This document shows, piece by piece, positions 1 through 11,777 of a stretch of DNA of 59,149 nt. The number at the start of each line of letters is the position of its first letter. The first letter of the stretch is position 1. A model generated the notes under the pieces. The model was not told where the DNA came from. It did not search any database and saw nothing but the letters and a program-made list of their open reading frames with translations. The DNA is from Nemertoderma westbladi (lineage: Eukaryota > Animalia > Xenacoelomorpha). Made by a program: the position numbers and the translations under genes. The DNA is taken from assembly GCA_032718475.1 (NCBI GenBank), contig JAUCBJ010003416.1, positions 1 to 59,149 of the forward strand, in the 5' to 3' direction.

Positions 1-2
1 TT

Positions 3-3000
3 GATATTGATCCTTATGAAATGGATGTGCATGTTTGGCAGCGTCGTATTGATGATGCTACTGAGGAACTACAGGATGCTGATAAATTTGTAAACAAGCG
101 TCTGTTTTCATTGGAAAATGAGGAACTTAAAAATGATTTATTTGAAGATTTTCAGCAGTTTAAACACCGGTTTAGACAATTGAAGCACAGAATAAACTCA
201 GTGATGTTTCAGAGGAAACAAGATATTGAGGAATCAAATCAAATTGATGAATATATTCGTCTAGCTAAACCCTGTTGGTTAGCTGTTAGGAGAGTAAATG
301 AACTCTCTGAAGATGAAAAGGATCCAAATGCACTAGATTTCGATCTACGTTCTATAGAAAAACGTCTCGAACAGTGTGAAGGATTTATTACACATAAAAT
401 GTGTAAATCTGCAATAACAAAAATTGATCAACGTCATTCAGAACTGCTGGAGGACATAAATAGTCTTCGTCAAGCAATAGGTCGCTATAAAACATTTACC
501 CAAGTGAAGCGTGATGCTGATAAAGAGGAACGAATGCGAGGTGGTCTACCTAGTGGTGTAGACGTACCAAAATTCGATGGTTCCTATTCAGAATTTCCAT
601 GCTGGTTTTCAAAATTCGAGGCTATAGTAGGCAATAATGACAAGGTAAGTAATTTCTACAAAATGACATACTTAAAGAAGGCATTAGTAGGAAAAGCTGC
701 TACCTGTATTATTGATATGGAAATATCTGCGAACAATTATAAACTGGCTCTTGAAAGTGTTAAAAAGTTTTATGGCAAGGAAAGAATTGTTGTAAAACAT
801 TTAATCAAAAAACTTCAGAACTTTTCAAAAGTTACTGATGAAGATAATATTTCTGCATTGCGAAAGTTATGTGATTCAATACAAAATGTCATGTTGGATC
901 TATCTAAATACCATTTAACTGTTGACAACTTTCTGCTATCTTCCATGGAAACATTATTCCCTGAAAAAATTCGGGAAGAATGGGAAAAGGAAGTTGATGA
1001 CAAGCATATAGATGGTGCAATGCCCACATATGAGGAATTTATTTCTTGGTTGCAAACTCTGGTAGCACGGAAAGATGTTACGAGAGATGAATGCAATAAG
1101 AAAGACACTCATAATAATAATAAAGATGATAAAAAACCTTTGAAAGAAAAGGATAGAAAGTTTTCTTCTCAAACATTAGCAGTAGGGTCTGATGGTGGGA
1201 CTAAGCCAAAAGGATTTAAGGGATCTGGTTCATACTCTAAGAACTGGGACAAGTCAAAAGTGGATACTGATAGAGGTACTGCTAAAGTTGAATACAAGTG
1301 TCCACTTTGTGAGAAAAAATGTCGGTTTTTATCATCTTGTTATAAATTTATTCAAGCTACCACAGCTGAAAAAAGGCAAATAGTTGCTGATAAGGGAGCA
1401 TGTTTTTTATGTACTGGTCTGAACCATATCAAGAAGGACTGTCGTAGACCAGATGAATGTGGTGTTGAAGGCTGCATAGACAAGCACCATCCCTTACTGC
1501 ATGTTGATAAGAAGGCTATAATGAATTCTGGTAGTCATAAAGTAACAACACAAGCTATATCACTTGGAGTTAAGGCTGACCTTAAAACTCAATTTATCAC
1601 TCCAACAGCTAAGGTAATGCTTATGCCATTAGATAATGGAACTCCCTGTGAAGTGCGTGTGGGATTTGATAGTTTTTCCCAAGTTTCTTTTATTCGAAAA
1701 TGTATTGCCCAATCTTTAGATCTGAACATTGTGTCAACTGAAGAAATGGAAGTAACAGGTTTTGGTAAATCAACTATTGTTGAATATGCAGATATAGTTG
1801 AGTTTGGATTATGTTCCAAAACCGATTCAAGTTTATACTTTAAAATGACGGCAGCGTCATTTCCCGATTTCTGTAAGGAAATTCAACCCTTGGCTATTAA
1901 TTTAGAAAAGTGTACACATCTGCAAGGTCTACTTTTTGCTGACGAATTTCCACATGGCTATGAACAACTGGACATTTTAATTGGAATGGATTATTTCTTT
2001 CAATTTATTACTGGCGATATTATTCGTCACCCTTCTAACAATAAACTTCCTTGCGCTATGGCCACAGTCTTTGGATATGTTGTTTGTGGCCCAGATACTA
2101 GCAATAAGCGAATTAAACCAAGACCAAAGTCATGTTATATTACCCAAACCAGGATTAATGAAAAACTGTTGAATTCAATGGAACGGTTTTGGGATATAGA
2201 AACAATTGGCATTGTTAATTCTTCCAAGGTGCTTACCAAAGATGAAAGAGAGGCAGAGGAGCAGTTCAAAATCTCACTTAATTATGATGACCAGAACTGC
2301 CATTATTCTGTTGCTCTACCTTTCAAGCCTCAAGCACCAACTCTTGTATCTAATTACCATCGAGCTAAGAAACTATTAGAATCACTTGAGAAAAGACTCG
2401 AGAAATCTCAAGTTGAGAAACAGATTTATAGGGAGACTATTAATGATTATGTTGAAAAGGGATTTGCCCATAAAGTTTCAGCTGAAGAAGAAGAACAATT
2501 CATGAATGGTGAACAGTTCTTTCTTCCACATCATCCAGTTTATAAACCAGGCAGCTCTTCTACCAAAGTTAGAATAGTTTATAATGCAAGCACCAAAGAC
2601 AAGAATGGGAACTCACTGAGATTGTTTACTACCTGGGCCTATTCTGCAACCTGATATTGCTCAAATTTTACTTCGTTTCAGGACAAAACCTATAGTTCTT
2701 GTAGCAGATATACGCAAGATGTTTTTACAAACTAAACTGGTATCAGATCAGCATTGTTATCAGCAGTATTTGTGGCGAAATAATAAAGATGAACCCATTG
2801 AAAAATATTGTATGACTGTGTTGATGTTTGGAGTTAGTCCTTGTCCTTATTTAGCACAAAGAATACGAATTCATCATTGTGAAAGACCAGACATGATAGC
2901 TAAGTTTCCATTGGCTGCAAAAGAAGCATCTGACAGTTTCTATGTTGATGATCTGTTAGGTGGAGCCGACAATGAGATTCAAGCTGAGCAATTATATATA

Positions 3001-5874
3001 GAGTTAGTAGATATGTGTAAAATGGCTGGTTATGAGCTAACAAAATTTGGTTCGAATTCGGCTAAACTATTATCACTTATACCAGAGAAAGATCGTTTAG
3101 TAGGAAACTTTGTGAGCTTTACTGATCAATCTGATTTAGGAAATACTAAGGCACTGGGTCTTGGTTGGAATTATGAGACTGATGATACTTTCAGTTTGGT
3201 TGTCACTGACAGATTAACTGATTTGAGCACCTATTCTCGAACAAAAAGATTGATGCTTAGTAAGATATCTCAGATCTATGATGTTTTTGGATTTGTTAGC
3301 CCTTTTGTAATTCGAGGCAAGATTATTTTGCAAAATATGTGGCTTAACAAATGTGGTTGGGATGACGAATTAACAGATGGCATAATTAACTCATTTCGAG
3401 AATGGGAACGTGAACTTTATCTACTTCAAACGATTAAGGTTCCTAGACTCTTCTATAAAAGAAACCCAACTATAGTACAATTACACGCTTTTTCTGATGC
3501 TTCAGATGTTGCGTATGGAGCAGTAGTATATATGCGAACTGAATTCTGTGATAGCAATACCTCTTCTCATTTCGTCATGGCGAGATCAAGAGTAGCTCCA
3601 CTTAAACGACTCAGGTTAGCACGATTGGAACTTCTTGGTGCTGTCCTGGCAGCGCGTCTTGTTAAGTATATTTTAGATGCTCTTCATCAACGTGTCGATA
3701 TAAACTCCTATTATTTATGGTCAGATTCTGAAATTGCATTGGGTTGGATAGCGAAAGAGAGCTACACATGGAACACATTCGTTCAAAATCGTGTACAAGA
3801 GATACATGACCTAAGTCCTATCGAAGTATGGCGATTTGTGCCCGGAGATCAAAACCCAGCAGATCTCCTCTCTAGAGGTACCAGTCTAATGGAGATGAAA
3901 GACAGTGCATTTTATTGGCAAGGTCCAGACTGGCTTATTAAGAATAATGATGATTGGCCGAAATCTTCATTGAATGTTGAAATTGAACTACCAGAGAAGA
4001 GACCTATTAAACAACATAAATATGTGAAAAGAATTATTCAAGGTTTGTCAACACCTACCATAAATAGCTCTGAACATTTGGTTCAGGATGATGAGGCATC
4101 AGAATCTATATGCCTTGTATCTAACCTAAAATCAGCAAATGTTACTCAATTTAGTAACTATATTACTGAATATTATGGGAGGTTTAGTAATCTTATTCGA
4201 TTTACTGTGAGATGCTTTCGTTGGCTAGCTAGAGCTAGGAAGAAATTGTCCCAGGGGGTTGAGAACAGTGATGAAGTGGCTCTGGATAAACAGCCGACAA
4301 CACTGACATCATTACATCCTTATTTGGTTACTCTGGAGGAGATGGAAGCCACAGAAATGCATTGGTGGAAAATTCTGCAGAAGCACTATTTCATGGAGGC
4401 TTATAATTTATTATCGCAGAATAAACCATTGCCTAATAAACATCATTTGTTGCCTTTGAATCCTCAATATGATATTGATCGACAATTGTTGGTAGTTGGT
4501 GGGCGACTTGAATTTTCCGATCTACCCTTGTCTGCTAAACATCAAATTCTTCTTCCTAAAGGTGAAGGTTTAGTTCAAAAACTTATACTACAGGTGCATA
4601 TTTCAAATCAACATGCACCACAGGAGGTTTTATTATCACTCCTCAAACAAAAGTATTGGATTATTAATTCACGTCATGAGATAAGAAAAGCAGTTCATCT
4701 CTGCAATGTTTGTAACCATCATAAGACTGTCCCAATGGAACAAATTATGGGCAACTTGCCACCTGAACGCTTACAGATATCACCAGCATTTTGGAATATT
4801 GGAATTGATTTTACTGGTGCACTACTTATCAAAGAAGGATCTTCTACACATAAAGCTTACATTTGTGTTTTCACTTGTGCAGCTAGCCGTATGTGTCACT
4901 TTGAATTAGCTTTAAATATGGAGACTTCTGAATTTCTACAATGCTTTCGTAGAATGGTAAATCGTAGAGGTCTTTGTAAAACAGTGACTTCTGATAACCA
5001 GAAAACGTTTAAGAAAGCCTCCAAAGTTTTCAAACTAAATTTTTCAGACAATATCTGGAAACATTTAGACAAAGAAGCTATTGCATCATTTATGAATGAG
5101 CGTAAGATATCATGGAATTTTATTGTGGAACGAAGTCCTTTCCGAGGAGGTTACTGGGAAAGAATTAATCGTAGTCTCAAGGAACCCCTACGGAAGATAT
5201 TGTCAAAGTCATTATTGACTTATACTGAGATGTACACTGTTCTCACTGATGTAGAAGCGATGATAAACTCACGGCCATTGACCTATCATAGTCCAGATAC
5301 GAAGGACATACTACCTATTACACCTGCTCATTTAGCACTTGGAAGACCATTGCGTCCTTTGCATGATCTTGGTGGTAAAGAAGTTTCATTGACTAAGAGA
5401 TATGTGTATTTACAGGGATTATTAGATAACTTTTGGCGACGTTGGCAGACAGAGTATCTCCACCAGTTGCAACCAAGACAAAAGTGGCAACTTGAGAAGG
5501 AACCAATAAAGATCAATGACATTGTACTTATTTCAGAAGATAGAACTCGACGTAATTCCTGGCCTATGGGTCGTGTGACAGAAACTCATCCCAGTAAAGA
5601 TGGTATAATTCGCACAGTGACTGTTGAAACTAAAAAGGGCAAATTTTCGCGCCCAGTTCAGCGTCTCCATCTATTTGAGAGATATTATGAAACGCGCTTA
5701 CAAGATTCTCCCAAGGATTCGGATGATTTGGGTGATCGGATTAATTATAGGAAGAAACGGATTGATGAAACTCCTGATATAGTTTCGAGCCGGGAGGATG
5801 TAGCAGAGTCTGATAGTGGACCGATTAAAACTTCATCTGGGCGGACTATTAAAAAACCCGATTATTATTATTAG
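3..5874 (+). mobile_element. BEL/Pao LTR retrotransposon gag-pol, frameshifted at ~2619; 5' end lies outside the window
   Basis: Gag contains VPKFDG..F..W..F and three Cys/His knuckles (CPLC..C, CFLC..H..C, CGVEGC..HH..LH). Then come the protease-like FDSFSQVSFI and LDILIGMD, the RT motifs LPHHPV..KVRIV, FG...PYLA and YVDD, RNase H FSDAS, and integrase HHCC with GIDFTG, SDN and WERI. The frame is open back to the window edge. The conserved SLNDCL..GP motif is split by a 2-nt loss at 2619, which separates ORFs 21-2654 and 2719-5874. Confidence 0.95.
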
Positions 5875-6198
5875 CTATGCAGTATAATGATCTTGTATCT
5901 GATGTTGTAGGGTTATTAACTGTTATTGGTTTTAGGCCTACTTACTGCACTACCGTAGCCTACAAACTGCTGTACTGTGCAGCACTATAATGTTACCGCT
6001 AGCGGGAAATAATTCCTACAGGCCTATATATTTTTGCAAACTGCAATAGTTACCGGTTTATAGTTAATATGTAAATGTGTCAATACTTGTGAACATTAGC
6101 ATCAGCATCGCATCATCAAACGGTAGATTCATGGTCAAATGTCTGAATGTACAGATGTAACAATTAAATATAACTGATTATAGACTGAATGGTTGACA
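5799..6198 (+). repeat. Probable 3' LTR of the BEL element (right end uncertain)
   Basis: The purine tract GGGAGGA (5792-5798) is followed directly by TGTAG, the usual BEL PPT/LTR junction. The 5' LTR is not in the window, so the CA end is a guess. Confidence 0.45.
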
Positions 6199-7837
6199 AG
6201 TATGACTTTTCTTGGATTTTACTTTCATTAATAAAATGAGTTTTATCAAACTCGATACAAAGTCAAAGTATTCTTGCCGATTGTAGTTAGAATATTCGAT
6301 ATCTCCGCGAAATTCTGCATCGTTTGGTGGGTCAGTTGATATAAACCCGAGTTTTCTTCCTAAATATTTGAATTTGAATTAATATGGACCTAATCAAGTT
6401 TATATCCTTTAGCAGCTTCGAGAAGATTAATTGTTACTGTTTTGAAATAGGGTCAATATCATGACAAATTGTATACAGCATTCAAATCCTGAATTATCCG
6501 GCTTTCAAATGAGCTATCATGCATGTGCACACTATGTTCACACGAAGTGTCATGCGCCATTAAAAAATGTTATTCTTTACCAAAAATTTACTTTTATTGC
6601 ATCCCCTATCGTTTACTATGCACAATTTAACGAATAATACCTGGAGTATGTCTTAATGTGTCTAAAATTGTCAGACAACACTTCCAGAATACATATAAAC
6701 ATAAAAGACCCGAGTTGTTTATCTTGGTCCTGAATGAAAAGAAAGCAAAATTGCTATATAAAAGTAATATTTTCCAAAGTATACCATTTCGTAGACACAA
6801 AGGGGGTGATATTTGTCTGTATCATAAGGGGTGTTAGTTTTATCAGATTTTAATGATTCTTAACAGAAGCGGAATATAAAAACATTTCGAATGAGCCCTG
6901 GTTCACGAAAATTGGTTGAAAACTTCAAAAGTTATGAGTATTTATATAGAAAACATGTAAGTGTAACGCTTTTTTTAAACAGGAGCTATAACATTAGATA
7001 GAGCGCATTTTTTAGACCCAGAAAAAGTGAAAAAAGTTAATTTTGGAAAAATGCGACTTGCGGTCTTTTTACATTGCACGGCAGAGTGGTAGAAATAACT
7101 AACTACAGTATTTATATCATTGCTTGCAAAGGTCACTTTTCAGCGTTAAAGACCCTTGTTTATTTATGTAATCATAATTTTAAGGGGGGGGGGGGGGGGG
7201 GGGGGGGGTTCACCCCTTTAGAAATGCTTATACATTATATTACCTTTGTAACATTTACTCGTATGAATTTCCTTTATGGCTCAAATTAAAGCGGACAGAG
7301 GGCCGAACAAATTTCTATAAAAAAATTAATTAATTAGAATAATTAGCAAAATTACTTGTGTAAAATTTGAAATTGCATCTACTTTTTTGTTTATAGGTAG
7401 ATTTCAATTTTTTTTTATTATCACCGCAATTATGTGCTCTAAATAAATAGTATATAGACAGAATTTTTATATCGCGCTTCATTGTCAAGTTTTGACGTCA
7501 TTCATTTTATATTTGAAAATACTAAATTTGTGCTAATTTTGAAAACCAAAAACGGCCGTAGCTTTTTTTATAGGGATATTTAAACATTTTGTCTATTCAG
7601 TTTTAGAGCAATTGTTGGGCTACAAAATGCAGCAAACAGTATGAAAATCCACCAAAGAATAAAAAAGTAGATGCGATTTATGTATTGAAAAGCATAGTTT
7701 CGAGAAAATTGGCTTTAAAGTTATAACTGTAATAATTCAAACATTCCCGCCATTCTTTATAAGATTGTTAATATACAAACCTAGAAAGATGGAAGACAAA
7801 AGTGAGTTGGCCTACCAAATTGAAAAGTTATTCTATA

Positions 7838-8400
7838 TAGGGTTTTCTTTGTCAGAGATTTCATTTCCGATGTTAGTTTTTGAGTTTAATAATATCCCGA
7901 CTGTCTGTCTGTATGTCTGTCTTTTGGTTTGTCCATCAAAATAGTAAAAAATGCACAACTCCTAACTAAAATAATTGCTATTGTGTTTTCCTGGTCGGTG
8001 ATTGCATTTCCGACGTCAGTTTTTACGATTAACGGATTCTAGTCTGTCTATCTTAGATTTTGATAGACAGACCATAAGGACAGACAGACGGACAGATAGC
8101 ACTAGAATCCATAAATCGTAGAATCTGATATCAGAAAGGAAATCACAGACCAGGAAAACCCCAGGCAAAATTTTTAGTTAGGTTTTGTTTATTTTTTAGA
8201 TTTTGAGTTTTGACAGACAAACCAAAAAGACAGACAGACCGACAGATAGGACAAGAATCCACAATTCGTAGAAACTGATACCATAAACGAAAAATCGCAG
8301 AGCAGGAAAACCCACAGAGAAAAATTTAGTTAGATGTGGTGCAGTTTTATACCGTATTTTCATAAACAGACCAAAAGACGGACTGACCGACAAACAGACA
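7838..8400. repeat. Cluster of ~110-bp degenerate repeats in inverted arrangement with (GTCT)n tracts; probable non-autonomous TE
   Basis: Forward units GGTTTTC..GTCTGTCTG..GTCCATCAAAAT at ~7840 and ~7985. Reverse-complement units at ~8057-8162 and ~8207-8313, plus a partial at ~8357-8400. Related copies occur at 29965-30160. Confidence 0.55.
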
Positions 8401-9233
8401 GAGATTCAAGCGGTTTTGGCTTATGACATGGCTTAATTTGTCAATATCTACAATCTACGGAAAATTGTGATTTTAAATCAACTTTAAAAAAATTTAAAAA
8501 TGTTATTTTTTTTTAGATTTTAAGGGTTCCATCTCCCGTTAAGGTTACATTGAATGCAATTAAAGTTATAAAATTGCACAAAAAATATTACAGATCGCCT
8601 TTTTAGAAAATAGCCGATATCCCCCCCCCCCAACTTCTTCTATGTACATATTATTCATGCATTATGTCAGAGTCGGTAGTCCACGGGAACGCCTACCTTG
8701 CGTTGTCTGTGAGGGAAGTAGATTTGGTATGACAACCGACAACGTGATATCCGAGTTAACATTAATTCCACCAGGGGAAGGGAAATATTTTAGAAAATTA
8801 GAAAGTATTAGTTATAGCCATGGTTATAGTAAGTAGTTCGATTAATTTACCAAAGGAATCTGAAATATAAATTGAAAAGGTAAGTATCAAAAAAATATTA
8901 ACAGAGGTCATATTCACTCATATATACACACTAATAGTAATACCCTACTATACTATACTATACTATACACTCATATTCACTTAATATTCATTCACTTACG
9001 TATGAATGATGTAATAAATTAGTATTTTGAACAAAGTAATAATACTATGAGAGAAGGTTCGAGTAAAGGAAGTCGAGTCGATATAAACATGGTCTCATCA
9101 CCACCAACAATGGGCCTCGGTCTTCGATTCGGGAAATCCTTGATGCCACGATCTGGCTGTTCTGTTCATCATCCCGACACTGGGGCCGGAATATACCGAT
9201 AATAAGCAACGGAATGTTCTTCGAGGTTCTCCT

Positions 9234-9989
9234 TCATTCACCATCGTCCCCCTCGTGGTCCCGTCTAGAACTCCCTGGACAATTAACCCCGAGATCACGC
9301 CCCCCGTTGTAAGTTACGCCACACCAATGGCAGTAGAAATACTCGTCTCGTAAATAATCCGTGAGCTGCAGTAGTTTATCCTGAACCGATAACTCGCACT
9401 CATCCTCCTCCTCTTGTTGCTCGTCCGGCCAGTGCCATGGTACTACCGACTCAGTTTTACCGACTCCGACATCCAGTTGGTAACACGACATTTGACTCAG
9501 ATTAAAATCTTTCCAATCCAATCGCTCCGAGTTTAGATTGCTCATTTTCTCCCGGAACAGAACCCGCTCTTCGTCCTGCTTAAGGGATCTCTTCTTTATT
9601 AATTCGTCAACCAGTTCCAGCTTCCGCTTCCGATCGGAATCGAGTCCGACTCCGCCTCGGTTCGTCTTCACATTCACATCGATCGGTTCCGAGATTCCTT
9701 TCGATCGCAGACCGATACCACAACCAGCTGTAAAACCCATTTTCGTCAACATTTTAAATCCAATATTACTTTCCCCGATCCTTGTGTTTAGTCCAGAGTT
9801 TCTTGTACTCTGTTCCAGATGTTTTTGGTTTACTTTCCTTTTCCTATTCATAATATTTGCGTCCTGTCGTTGTTTAGAACTTCTCGCTTCACGAACCTTC
9901 GAACCCCAAAGTAAACCTGGTTTTACACTTTCAGTAGTGCTAACAAATACGTCTGACATGTAATCATCATCAGACACGGAAGTTGCCAT
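9234..9989 (-). CDS. GPATCH11: G-patch domain-containing protein 11 homologue (CCDC75), single coding exon, 251 aa
   Basis: N-terminal DDDYMSD.F, G-patch motif (ESNIGFKMLTKMGFTAGCGIG...GISEPI...NRGGVG), coiled-coil segment, and C-terminal DUF4187-like YLRDEYFYCHWCGVTY...CPG....H. Confidence 0.92.
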   Translation of the reverse strand: MATSVSDDDYMSDVFVSTTESVKPGLLWGSKVREARSSKQRQDANIMNRKRKVNQKHLEQSTRNSGLNTRIGESNIGFKMLTKMGFTAGCGIGLRSKGISEPIDVNVKTNRGGVGLDSDRKRKLELVDELIKKRSLKQDEERVLFREKMSNLNSERLDWKDFNLSQMSCYQLDVGVGKTESVVPWHWPDEQQEEEDECELSVQDKLLQLTDYLRDEYFYCHWCGVTYNGGRDLGVNCPGSSRRDHEGDDGE

Positions 9990-10525
9990 GTTATTTCAAT
10001 CGTAGACACCGTAGACTAGGTGTGTAGGAATACTACAGTACTGCAGTCTGCTGTAGGCCTACCTGCCTACAGCGCTACAGGGATACTGGGATAGTAATGG
10101 AACTGGAAGGAATGAAGTTAGGACTTCTGCTACCACTGCACTACTGAAGTACTGACGGTACAACAGACTTACAGGGTGGAAATTGATGATAAAGGAAAGG
10201 GAACTAAAAAAAAAACCTGGTCCGGTCTCAAGAACCCTAATCCACGATCCCCTGTTACCAATGCAGCAACGATAGTCAACGGGGAATTTATCCCGAAATA
10301 GGACCGGATAAAACCCAGTTTGTCCTAACCCCTAAAAGGAGGTCCGAGGTCATAAAGAAAAAGCCAGTCCAGCCATCATCGATTGGTCGGTCAGTAGGAA
10401 AATATTCCAGCCGATAAAATAATACCAACCAATAATAAGATCGGGTTGTGACGATACAGAATCAACTTCGCCAATTGAAATGTAAGGATTTAACTTCTTG
10501 GGCGAATCAAGATTGTGAGCAATAA

Positions 10526-11100
10526 GTGCCGACACACAGGAGCCGACACAGGTTCCGACATAGGTGCCGACATAGGCGCCAACACAGGTTGTGCAGACAC
10601 AGGTGCCGACATAGATGCCGACACAGGCACCGACACAGCCACCGACACAGGTGCCGACACAGGTACCGACACAGGTGCCGACTCAAGTGCCGACACAGTT
10701 GCAAACAGAGGTGCTGACATAGGTGCCGACAAAGGTGCCGACACAGGTGTCGACAAAGGTGCCGACACAGTTGCAAACAGAGGTGCTGACATAGGTGCCG
10801 ACACAGTTGCAAACAGAGGTGCTGACATAGGTGCCGACACAGGTGCCGACACAGTTGCAAACAGAGGTGCTAAGTGCCGACAAAAGTGCCGACAAAGGTG
10901 CCAAGACAGGGGACGACACAGCTGCCGGCACAGGTACCGACACAGGTGCCGACACAGGTACCGACACAAGAGCCGACACAGGTACCGACACAGGTGCCGA
11001 CACAGGTACCGACACAGGTGCCGACACAGGTACAGACACAGGTGCCGACTCAAGTACCGACAGAGGTGCCGACACAGTTGCAAACACAGGTGCTGACACA
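10526..11100. repeat. 12-bp minisatellite (GCCGACACAGGT) with 21-bp variants containing GTTGCAAACAGAG
   Basis: Tandem repetition is directly visible. It explains the overlapping low-complexity ORFs in several frames. Confidence 0.93.
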
Positions 11101-11479
11101 TGTAGTACTTGAGCTCTAGTCTAGTTTTGGGGTCACATTTAATTTTATCAATGCTCGCTCGGACACTGACTGCCAGAAAGAGAAAGAAATTTATTGATAA
11201 ATTATATATAATCATTATATGTATTATTGTAATATTGAATAAGAATAAGACTGTAATAAATAATTTTCTGATATGCATTACTGCGTAAATAGGCTAATAC
11301 GACTGATTGTCTGAACTACTCTATGACTCTATGTACAATACTACTGATACTACTGATATTCCTAATATACTACTGATATTCCTAATATGCTACTGATATT
11401 CCTAATATACTACCAACATAATAATATATATTATAAACTAAATAAATATATATTATAACCTAATATAATATCAACATTC

Positions 11480-11770
11480 TATATTTTTACTCTCGATATT
11501 TTTCAATACTCGATATATTTACTCTCGATATTTTTCAATACTCGATATTTTTACTCTCGATATTTTTCAACACTCGATATTTTTACTCTCGATATTTTTC
11601 AACACACGATATTTCTACTGTCGATATTTTTCAACACTCGATATTTTTACTCTCGATATTTTTCAACACTCGATATTTTTACTCTCGATATTTTTTGAAC
11701 TCTCCATATTATCGTTATTTTTCAACACTCGATATTTTTACTCACGTTATTTTTACTCTCGATATTTTTC
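11480..11770. repeat. ~30-bp tandem repeat (GATATTTTTACTCTC-GATATTTTTCAACACTC), a dimer of ~15-bp subunits
   Basis: About 9 visible tandem copies, lying between two blocks of the ~20-bp satellite. Confidence 0.88.
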
Positions 11771-11777
11771 ATGTTCA

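Noticed and set aside
7179-8632. Possible TTAA-flanked TIR element bounded by G and C runs
   Set aside because: Beyond the homopolymers the putative ends match only weakly, so boundaries cannot be supported.
10490-11278. Overlapping Cys/His/Arg-rich, mucin-like or antifreeze-like ORFs
   Set aside because: They are translations of a 12-bp minisatellite that is open in several frames, with no non-repetitive domain.
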